This document shows, piece after piece, positions 22,701 through 32,830 of a stretch of DNA of 62,000 bases. Both the position numbers and the translations under genes were made by a program. The stretch spans positions 124,467 to 186,466 of the forward strand of contig MU053156.1 in NCBI GenBank assembly GCA_013239625.1, written 5' to 3'. The first letter of the stretch is position 1, and the number at the start of each line of letters is the position of its first letter. The notes under the pieces are model-generated. The model was given only the letters and a program-made list of their open reading frames with translations. It was not told the origin of the DNA and searched no databases. Source of the DNA: Lama guanicoe (lineage: Eukaryota).

Positions 22701-23462
22701 TTCACTATGGGGATGACTTAATGATAAGTGCGAGGCCTCATCTGCTGTCACCGTCACACGGTCCACGCTGTCTCTGCTCCCTGAGAGGCCAGTGCGCAGC
22801 GGCCACGGCCACCACATGTCTCCACCTCTCACCCCTCTGGGTGACAAAGTCTCCACTCCCCGGGTCATGTCTCTACCCCAGAGCCGGGCCTGTCCCTCCC
22901 AGCCCTCCCTCAGGCCACGGGGGATCGTCCGAACGCGCCCTGGTCACTCTCCCTCAGTCTTCCCGCTGTTCCACGGGCTGAGGACACCTGCCTTGCTGGT
23001 GCTGGTCAGGCCTGCCTGGCCACCGTGGGGCCACTGACTTCCGGTGCTGTTCCTGGTGCCCTGAGGATGCACACGGTGCCTTCACTATGGGGATGACTTA
23101 ATGATAAGTGCGAGGCCTCATCTGCTGTCACCGTCACACGGTCCACGCTGTCTCTGCTCCCTGAGAGGCCAGTGCGCAGCTGCCACGGCCACCATGTCTC
23201 CACCTCTCACCCCTCTGGGTGACAAAGTCTCCGCTCCCCGGGTCGTGTCTCTACCCCAGAGCCGGGTGTGTCCCTCCCAGCCCTCCCTCAGGCCACGGGG
23301 GATCGTCCGAACGCGCCCTGGTCACTCTCCCTCAGTCTTCCCGCTGTTCCACGGGCTGAGGACACCTGCCTTGCTGGTGCTGGTCAGGCCTGCCTGGCCA
23401 CCGTGGGGCCACTGACTTCCGGTGCTGTTCCTGGTGCCCTGAGGATGCACACGGTGCCTTCA
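22701..23462 (+). repeat. Tandem duplication: 380-bp unit (22701-23080) and 378-bp unit (23081-23458)
   Basis: Both copies begin ttcactatggggatgacttaatgataag. About 5 substitutions and one 2-bp indel. TTCA microhomology at 22701, 23081 and 23459. Confidence 0.97.
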
Positions 23463-26375
23463 GGTTCTAGGGCAGCGTCCACCCACCCCACCACCCAAAG
23501 AGGCCCAGGCTCTGCCTGACGTGGGACTCGATGGTCCCCTAGGACAGTGACTGGCTCAGAGCTGAGCTGGGCACAGCCCAGGGTCCACAGCAGAGGCCTG
23601 ACCCTCTGTCCAGGGCCTCTGGAAGCCCCGGCCCCAGGAGGGCTCAGGGGTGGCCAGGGGAACAGGTGGCCATTCTGAAGTCCCTGGCAGGGGATCCTGC
23701 CTGGGGCACAGTGGGGACAGATGGCTCCTGGCAGGACAGGGGCTCCCACCTTGAGGGGCCAGCTGCCCTGAGCCGGCATGAAGCAAGGCTTCGGGCAAAC
23801 CCAGAGGGACGGGGTGTGGTGGTGGCCAGGATACCGGGCTCTTTTGGGGCCTGCATTTGGGGCTTTAGGTGCACAGTGGGGCTGGGGCCCAGGAGCACAG
23901 GGGCTCAGAGAAAGTCCAGGAACACACAAGTGTGTTTCCTCCTCGGGGGCAGCTCACAGATCTGCAGCCTTGCGAATACCACCACTGGGAAGAGAAAGTT
24001 TTGGTGTCCCTGGGCATCTCCCGCCACATGGGACCACCACAGACACAGCCCCGCTGGGGCCTTGCCAGCCTGGCTGTGCCTTTGGAGCCTTCATCATGCA
24101 GTCTCCCTGGCAGGGCTGGAGGCCCAGGCACACGTCCTCGTGGGAGATGCACTCACAGGCCTGAGTGTGCAGGGGTCGGGCCAGGGTTCCAATCACGCCT
24201 CTTCCACTTGCTGGGCCGGGTGTCTTTGTCGGGGGCTGTGAGCATTCCACGAGCCAGCCCGGCCCGTGAGAGTGCGGTAAGGGGGCCCTTAGGGGCCTTC
24301 TAGGGCGGCGAGGAGGGAGCCCGCTCCCCGGCCAGGCCATCCCTTACCTCCCTGGCGGGCAGGAGGGACATGGCAAGGCTGAAGAGCCTCAGTTTGTCCT
24401 CTTATCTCGGTCACCAGCCAGGCTGTCCCGGGTGCCTGTCCATGGGCCACTGTCACGGGCTCGTCTGAGGGGCCAGTTAACTGCCTGCTGGAACACACAG
24501 TCCTGGGCCCTTGTCACCTGGGGGCTGTCAGGGCAGAGTCCAGCTGTGAGTCTGTGAGCTGATGACCTCCCCACTGATCTGAATCTTGTCCTCCTCCCTG
24601 TGATGGGCCCCCCACATCCCCCCAGGCCCCCTGCATCCTCCCTTGGCCCTCTGCATTCCCCCAGCCCCCAGGCCCACACTGATGCGGATGCAGCCTCCTC
24701 TCCCTGCTGGCATCATGGAATGGCGACAGGAGGCTTTGGGGAGCTGGTGTTCCTGGTGAGCCGGGTCCTCCCTGGGCTGTGGAGCCATTGTGGTCATGCT
24801 GTGGCCCCTGGGACTCACTGCACCCTGGCATCCCGAGGCCAAGGGGGGCGTCCCAGGCCCTCACAAGCTGAAAGACCCTATGGGGAACCCCAAGGTCTGG
24901 GCTAGACTCGAGGGGGCGCGAGTCCCTGTAGGGTGCTTGGGGACATCCCAGAGGCCCAGTTGGCCTTGGCCAGCCACTCAGCTGCATTCTGGTTCCAACT
25001 CCCAATGTTACTAATCCCAGGAACACCTTGAAAACCACATAAAACATGGTGACAGACCAATTGTTTGAGAGCACACGGCAGCCGGGGCCAATTAGCCAAG
25101 ATTCCCAGGCAGTGGGGCTCCCATGGGCTCAGGGCTTGGGGGGAGGGTTGGCCCTGGTGCTCCTCCACCCACCATGCCCCTGGCCATTGGCTCCAAGGAA
25201 AGAGCCCGCCACCCAGGAAGTTGCTCCTTGCAGGAATGGGCTGTATCTCCTCGTAGAGAGATGACAGTCAAGGTGCTGATAAGACCTGTAGGACGCATAG
25301 ACAAGGGCTGGGGCTGCGCGGGGCCCCCTCTCCCACTCAGGCCAAGGAGGCTGAGCTAAGTGAGGCTGTAGCTCCTGGCCTGGGTCAGGGGAGCTGTGGG
25401 CAGTCTGGTGTATCCTGTGCTTTGCTGGACACGAGAGGAAGAGTGTCGGATGCCATCCGGGTGGAATTCATGTCACTGTTGGAGTGAACTGGATTCATGA
25501 ATATACTTACCAACCAGGATGGATGTGGTCTATCTGGGAAGACTGCCTATCCATTTGCCCTCCCCAGAGACCCCTCTAGACCAGGCCAGAGCCAGGGGAG
25601 AAAGGTTCCCCCAGGAAACTGGGCTGAACAAGGTTAAGGGGTTCCCTCCAGGACTTCTCAGTGCCTTGAGTCTGTGTTTGGATGCTGCCAGGCTGGGGCT
25701 GCTGTCTTCTTTCTCTGCCCTGGGCCTTATGCAAGGGCCTGGGATGAGGCTGGGGCTGCCCAGGGCCTGAGGGCCTGGGCCAGGTGGTAGGAGATGGGAG
25801 TCCCAGTCCCTAGAGGCCTCCTCTGAACTGGGGCCAAGATTCCCACATTTCATGTCCCCACCCGTCGGTGCTGCACTGAATGAAGGAAGAGCTTCCCGAC
25901 CCCTGGGCGGGGGTCACCCGTGTGCCTGGAACCCACCCTCCCAGTTCTGTGTGGGGCTCCACCAGCTGTAGGCCTCGCAGCTCCAGCCTCTCTGGGTTTT
26001 ACGACACGTTTTGTTTTCATTCTGTTTGTACGGACGCCTATTTGCTGCCTGCAATGCTTGTTTTCCATTTCCCATGGCGCTGTAAGGTTTCCTTTCAAAA
26101 TATAGTCATTTAAGTAAAAAAAAATCCATCTGAAGAAAGCCCGCCAGTAAACAATAAAGAAGCAGGCGGGTGGACGCGGGACGGACGGAGTGTGGGCTTG
26201 GCGGTGGGCAGGTGCAAGGCTGCAGGTGGGGGGACCGTGAGTGGGGAGTGGAGGCCCCCTTCTGCTGCTGCCTGGCCCCCTGGGCCCCTGGGCCGCCGTC
26301 CTGAGGCCGAGGCTGCCCTTGGCTGCCTGCTTGTGGACGTGGCTTTATGGTCATGCTTGTCCAGCCCTGGATGCC

Positions 26376-28857
26376 CCGGGCCTCAGGCTCACTTTATTCT
26401 TGACTTGGGTCCAACCGTGCTTTTATTTGCCTTCTGGCGTATTTGTTCATCGAGAAGTGCCCAGGAATGGAGCGTCGGAGGGGTGGGCTGCCCCCAGGGC
26501 CATCTCAGTCAGGGCCTTCTGCCTGCAGTCTCGCACGGGCAGTGGCCAGGGCCCGCCGTCCTGGTCTCGGCTGTCTCCCCACACAGCCACTCCTCGCAGA
26601 GGTGAGACCGAGGCCCAGGCTGCTGCCCCTTGTCCGAGGCTGTGTGAGCCCCAGGAATGAGGGGTGAGGCACACTCAGCTCCATCTGTACATCTGTGCCC
26701 TCTATGCCGATGGGCTCTGTTCACCCACATGCTTGGAGGTCCCCGCGCAGCACAAGGGGCAGGAGTAAGGGTCCTTTCTGGGGTGGGGGCTGCTGCTCTC
26801 AGGCTGCAAGAAGGAGGTGCTAGAGGGGGCAATGGGGCAGCAGCCTGGGCAGGGAGACCCTGGGCGGGTCACATGGCCCTCAGGGTCCTCTGCGCCTCTG
26901 CCGTGCAGTCAGGCCCCGGCTTGTTGTCCAGGCTCACGGGTGGCGATGAGCCACTCCCAGGGGCCAGGGAAGCCCTGCAGACAATATTGATGCCGTTTTT
27001 TCCTGAAACAACCAAATGCCAGATATGAATGCCAGCTCTGCTGGAAACTCGGAGATTGATGTCAGGAACCGGGAGCACAGACCTGAGCCCGGGCTTCCCG
27101 ATTGGGGGAGGGTGGGCTCTCTGCAGGGGGCAATGTGGCAGGCGGTTAACCTGGCGAGTGGCAGGTGGCCGTGCCCTGGCGCCACCCCTCCTCCGTGAAG
27201 ACAGTCCCGGTCAGGCTTAGGGGTGGGGGCCGACCCTTCGGCACCCAGAAGTTGACTCAGCTTCCCGAGAGGCAGCAGTGCGGCCAGCTCCAGGGCCTTC
27301 CGTGCACACAACTGGCATGACAGGGAATGCACTTTCCTGCCAGGCCCCCGAGGCTGGGAACTGCCTGCAGGAGGGGCCTGCACTTGCTTGGTGCTCCGGG
27401 CCCAAGTCCCGCCTGCAGGTTCCAGGCCTCCCTGGGACCCTGCAGCCCTCAGTCTCCACCCCAGGGCCCCGCCCCTCCCTCCGCTGGGGACCTGGTGCCT
27501 CTGACAGAAGGTGAGTGGGGCAGACCCAGGCCGGTGGTCAGTCCACTTCCTGGTGCCTGGTACCCGTCCGAGAACCGGGGAGGTGCCCGCGGTCTGGGGG
27601 AGCAAGGGCAGTGGTGCCCTCTGTCCCCCTCCCAGTTCCTGCCTCCCCCGTGCAGGGTCGAGGGGCAGGAGTGCGCCAGCTTATTGGGGGTGGGAAAGCG
27701 GGGTTCTGAGAGGTGGTGTTCTGCAGGGGTCCCCAGAGTGTGAGTCTGTGGGCTGGGTGGTGTAGACTGAGTGTCAGTGTCCCCCAAATGCTTTATTGAC
27801 ACCCTTATCCCCGGGGACTATATTAGGAGGTGAAGCCTTTGGGAGGTGATAAGGCTATGAATGTGCAGTCCTCCCGAATGGGGTGAGTGCCGCGGATCAA
27901 AGAGCCTGACACTCCCTCCCCTCCTGCCTGCCAGGCCCCTGGGAGGGGGTGCCACTGCGGACCAGGAGGCGCTCACCAGATACCCCATCTGCCTATGCCT
28001 TCACCTCAGGCTCCCAGCCCCAGAACTTCGAGAAATACACCCTGTGGTTGAAAAGCCACCCCATCCCTGGAATTTTGTTACAGTAGCTCAGAACAGACTG
28101 AGGTTGTGACTCCTCCAAGCCCATTTCCTTGTCTGTAAAACTGGGAGAGGGGGGATGTGGGAGGCATCTCCTACAGACACATAGCAAAACTGGGGGCACT
28201 GTGGCCCACCTGCCCAGTCCCCGCCCGCCCTGGCGAGGTGAGGTGCTGCTGCCCCCTCATTCTTTCTAAAGACTCCATCTTGTCCAGGCCCCTCTCTCAA
28301 GACCTCCTGGCCCAACCTGGGCACCTGGCCCTCCTAGGGGGCTGCCTTCTGGGGCCCTGAAGGCTGATGCTGCCCCACCTGCACAAGGCATCCTCTGCCC
28401 ATGGTGGCCCCTTGGGTCCCAGCACACCCTGGAATGGGGTCCCACCTCCCAGGCCACCCTGGCTGTGCTTCCAGCCCCAGTCAAGGAGGTGTCAGAATTC
28501 CAGATGTTTTGGAAGACTCCCCTGAGCACAGCTGTATTTAATCTGGAAGGCTGAGCTGCTTGAGGCACGAGCAACAGTGTGTTAGTAATAATAATGGGCC
28601 AGCAGGTAGTGGAGCCAGAGATTTGCCCCCTAGGACTACAGAGGAGTAGGGGTTTGGCACAGACCAGAAGGAGTGGGGGTGGGGTGGGGACCGGGCCTCA
28701 GGCTCACTTTATTCTTGACTTGGGTTCAACTGTGCTTTTATTTGCCTTCTGGCGTATTTGCTCATCGAGAAGTGCCCAGGAATGGAGCATCGGAGGGGTG
28801 GGCCGCCACCAGGGCCATCTCAGTCAGGGCCTTCTGCCTGCAGTCTCGCACGGGCAG
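26376..28857 (+). repeat. Segment A, 167 bp: 26376-26542 repeated at 28691-28857
   Basis: ccgggcctcaggctcactttattcttgac...gtctcgcacgggcag; 6 substitutions by manual comparison. Confidence 0.95.
27758..28102 (+). mobile_element. MLT1 (ERVL-MaLR) solo LTR
   Basis: tggtgtagactgagtgtcagtgtcccccaaa...tattaggaggtgaagcctttgggaggtgataagg...cagccccagaacttcgagaaataca...aattttgttacagtagctcagaacagactga follows the MLT1A/B layout. Confidence 0.85.
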
Positions 28858-29052
28858 AATTCCAGCTGTTTTGGAAGAATCCCCTGAGCATAGCTGTATT
28901 TAATCCGGAAGGCTGAGCTGCTTGAGGCACGAGCAACAGTGTGTTAGTAATAATAATGGGCCAGCAGGTAGTGGAGCCAGAGATTTGCCCCCTAGGACTA
29001 CAGAGGAGTAGGGGTTTGGCACAGACCAGAAGGAGTGGGGGTGGGGTGGGGA
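28493..29052 (+). repeat. Segment B, 198 bp: 28493-28690 and 28855-29052, flanking the second copy of A
   Basis: cagaattccag...gtgggggtggggtgggga; 4 substitutions. Confidence 0.95.
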
Positions 29053-31994
29053 GGCAGGGCCTCGGGGTGTGGCTGAGATTAACCCAGCTACACAGCTGAC
29101 TGTCTGCCAGGCTCTCGCCTCCTCTTCAACTTTCATCCTACATTAAAGATTGATCCAGGATCAGGGGAGGGCAAAGAGTACCAGAGACGGGCCTCCTCCT
29201 CCAGGAAGCCTCCCAGAAGTGTCTCCAGACCTTGGCCTCCATCTCCCAGGGGCCAGGGAAGCCCTGCAGACAATATTGATGCCGTTTTCTCCTGAAACAA
29301 CCAAATGCCAGATATGAATGCCAGCTCTGCTGGAAACTAGGAGATTGATGTCAGGAACCGGGAGCACAGACCTGAGCCCGGGCTTCCCGATTGGGGGAGG
29401 GTGGGCTCTCTGCAGGGGGTAATGTGGCAGGCGGTTAACCTGGCGAGTGGCAGGTGGCCGTGCCCTGGCGCCACCCCTCCTCCGTGAAGACAGTCCCGGT
29501 CAGGCTTAGGGGTGGGGGCCGACCCTTCGGCACCCAGAAGTTGACTCAGCTTCCCGAGAGGCAGCAGTGCGGCCAGCTCCAGGGCCTTCCGTGCACACAA
29601 CTGGCATGACAGGGAATGCACTTTCCTGCCAGGCCCCCGAGGCTGGGAACTGCCTGCAGGAGGGGCCTGCACTTGCTTGGTGCTCCGGGCCCAAGTCCCG
29701 CCTGCAGGTTCCAGGCCTCCCTGGGACCCTGAGCAGGCATGTGGCCAGGCCCTGCCTAATCTTGGGAAGGAGAGCAGGGAGCCCACGGGGCAGGGTGGAT
29801 GTGAACACAGACCCTCCCGGGGGTGGGCTTGTGGGGGGGCCCGGGGCCAGAGCACTGCTGAGAAGACCACCCAGAGGGAACAGGTCCGTCTGTCCCATCT
29901 CTCAGCCGTGGTGCCAGTGGCCTCCCTGGCCGGGCCTGGGTGGGGTCTTCTCTTGCTAACTCTTCGTGGGCAGGGATTGCCCACCCCTCAGCTCTGTTTG
30001 CTCACTTGATGCCTCCCAACTACTCCCTGAGGGGTGCCTCTCTGCGGGCTGAGAGGGTCCTGGGCCTCGTGATACCTCTCCGTGGTGAGTCCCGGCCCCC
30101 TTGCCTTCCCTGTGCTTGTCAGTGGGCAGATCTTGTGCCTGTTTCCAAGCCGTCTGTGAGGCAGGGCCTGGGGTCTCCTGAAATGAATTTCTTAGCGCCT
30201 TGTGGGCTGGAACCGCCTGTCCTCCCGTCCCACTGGCCGGGCTTCTGGGCCCATTGTGCGGGCTCCTCCTGTTCTTCACCTGAGCCCCTCCTGTCTGTCA
30301 CCAGAGCCCCAGGCAGTGGCATTTCAGGGCAGCAGCAGTTCTTGGGCCGTGCTGTGTGGAGCTGGCTCTCCCCAGCTTGGACTGCGGTGAGACCCATTGG
30401 TAGTTTTGGAATCCGCCACAGTGGGAGTGTTCATACCCCAGAAATCAGCAGATACTCCAAACTGAAGCCCCCTGGCCCATCCCAGATGGTGAAGCATTGG
30501 GCAAACCCCACCCTGACCGGGCCCTGGTACCAGGCCACCCACGGAGAACCCCCACGGGTCAAGCCAGCCCTCTACCAAGGTCCAGGAGACTCCTCGGGTG
30601 GATGCTCTGGCCAGGCCCAGAGCCAACACAGGTGCCCTGTGTGGATGAGAAGGTCCAGGGGCATCTGGGGTTGCTCACACGATCCCCCAATCCCCTGGAG
30701 GCTTTTGTTATTGGATTCTGGGAGAGGGGCTTCAGTGGGGAATACTGATCCTGGATTGCCTGGGTTCCTCAGGGGCTCATGGAAATAGGAAAACAGCCCC
30801 GAGGGGAACAGGACTCGGATGGCCGAGGCAGAGTGACCTGCACCACCTGGTCACTGGGTGCCCCTGGGTCGGGACAGGGCAGGCACGGCGGGGAGGCCTG
30901 CGAGGTAGGGGCCACTTGCTGGCTGCTTGGCTTCCATTCATCAGACTGCTGTTCCCCACCCAGCCTTTGAAGCTGCAATAAATATTGATTTGGGCAAATC
31001 GATGTGTTTCTGAGGAACTGGCTGGATAGCAAAGTTACAAGGCTCAGGCCAAAGTCACCCACTCACTGAGTGTCCTCCCCAAGCCCGAGGGAGACGACCG
31101 GAGAGTGCTGGGCCCACTGAGGGGTTGGAGGGGAAGGGGAGAGCTTGGCAGACAATGGCCCTGGTCCTCACCATGGCTGAGGGCCTGTCCCCACACCCCC
31201 CAGGGCCTCTTGTGCCACTGCACCCACGCATCACCTGTGGGTACCTGAGCAGGTCTGTGCTTGGGGGACGTGCAGTCAGGCCCCGGCTTGTTGTCCAGGC
31301 TCACGGGTGGCGATGAGCCACTCCCAGGGGCCAGGGAAGCCCTGCAGACAATATTGATGCCGTTTTTTCCTGAAACAACCAAATGCCAGATATGAATGCC
31401 AGCTCTGCTGGAAACTCGGAGATTGATGTCAGGAACCGGGAGCACAGACCTGAGCCCGGGCTTCCCGACTGCACCCCTGCTCCCCTTCCCCTAGCAGCAT
31501 ACCCCCCAAGATGAGGAATTCACTACTGCATGAACTGCCTCTTCCATCTCTGCCCCAGCAGCACTTCACCTGGACCCAGGGCCACAGAGGTGGCGCCCCT
31601 CCTGATCGCACACTCCAGGAGGCAGCGTCTGCCTGCTCAGGGTCGCTCTGGCTGTGTTCCCCCAGCTCCTGCTGCTGCCTAGAGCGGTTTAGGCCACCAG
31701 CTCTTGGGTCCCTCACTGAATCAATCGGAATCCCCGACTGGCCCCTGGGGCTCCTGGGGACCCTGCCACCCTCAGTGCTTCTGCACAAACCACTCCCTTC
31801 TCTGCCCCTGGTTCAACAGCTCCCCCATCTTTCCTCTGCCTGGAACTGGGGCCTGGCTCCTCAGAGGATACCCTCGGAGTCTCTCCAGAGCCTGCCTGTC
31901 TAGGGGATGTTCCTTATCTACCCCCACCTCCTGGGTGTTTCCCTCCAGCCCTCTCTGCCTCCCCACGTCTCCTAGATCTCTGAGGCCAGGTCAG

Positions 31995-32375
31995 TGCGCT
32001 CCGGCCTGCGGCTTTATTTATGAGAATCTGGGAGGTGCAGATGTGATGTTTCCAGCTAATAGCCCCCAATCACCCCGCTGCCCATTAGCAGGGAAGCCAG
32101 CCTGCGTACATTATGCAGCACACCACCTAAGTGGGAGCCAAGGCAGCGGTTTTACGACCCCATAAAACTTTGGGAGTTTATTGCTATTGAACAAACATGT
32201 AATCCGATGCTTCAAGTTCAATATATGGAGCCAACGGCGTCCAGAGCTGGCGGGGGCTGCGGCGCCCACGGCCAGGAGGCTGCCACCAGGCTGAGCCACT
32301 GAGACATCCAGGGGCTTTGGAGTTCATTGGTGATTGATTGGCTGCAGGAAGGGGGCAAGATTTACGGTGGCTGTG
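31995..32375. promoter_or_regulatory. HOX/CDX/PBX motif cluster, candidate enhancer
   Basis: TTTATTTATGA (~32013), TTTTACGAC immediately followed by CCCATAAAA (32150-32167), TGATTGATTGG (~32331), GATTTACGG (~32359). Confidence 0.45.
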
Positions 32376-32614
32376 CTGGGCCTGTCCTTCTGCTCAGTGA
32401 ACAGCCCAGAGGGTGGGCGCAGGGGAGGGGCAGCACCAGGGACCAGGGCTCCCGGCAGAGGGTTGGCCTGCAGCCCCCGGAGAGGGGCTGGTCCCGGGTG
32501 CTGTGGTAGTGGCCAGGGAGACGTGGGCCCAGCAGAGGTCCTGGGAGGGAGGGGCAAAGGCACAGGCCAGGAGAGGGTCAGTGACTACGTCTTCTACATA
32601 GAGCCCTCACCTAT

Positions 32615-32830
32615 CCCTTCAGCTATCCACTTGCTCACCCACCCATTCACCCACCCAACCATCCGTCCACACACCTTCTGGTCACCTATCCATCTCTTCA
32701 CTCCTCCACCGGCTTGCTTATCCGTCTACCCACCTGTGACCCACCAGCCTATCTGCGCACTTATTTGTCTGTCTTTTCACCCATCTATTCACCCTCCAGC
32801 CACCTGCCATCTGTTCACTCATCCTCCCCC
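32615..32830. repeat. Degenerate (CCAT/CCAC)n low-complexity tract
   Basis: atccacttgctcacccacccattcacccacccaaccatccgtccac...cacccatctattcacc. Confidence 0.6.

Larger units (their letters stand above)
26954..29731 (+). repeat. Segment C, 489 bp: 26954-27442 repeated at 29243-29731
   Basis: ctcccaggggccagggaagccctgcagacaatattgatg...ctgggaccctg; 3 substitutions. Confidence 0.95.
26902..31468 (+). repeat. Segment D, 200 bp: 26902-27101 repeated at 31269-31468
   Basis: cgtgcagtcaggccccggcttgttg...gggcttcccga; no differences seen. Overlaps C, so 26954-27101 is present three times. Confidence 0.95.

Noticed and set aside
22701..31468. Direct repeats as a CRISPR array or as LTR pairs of a novel element
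   Set aside because: Eukaryotic DNA; units are 167-489 bp with irregular overlapping ends, with no TG...CA termini, PBS, TSD or coding interior.
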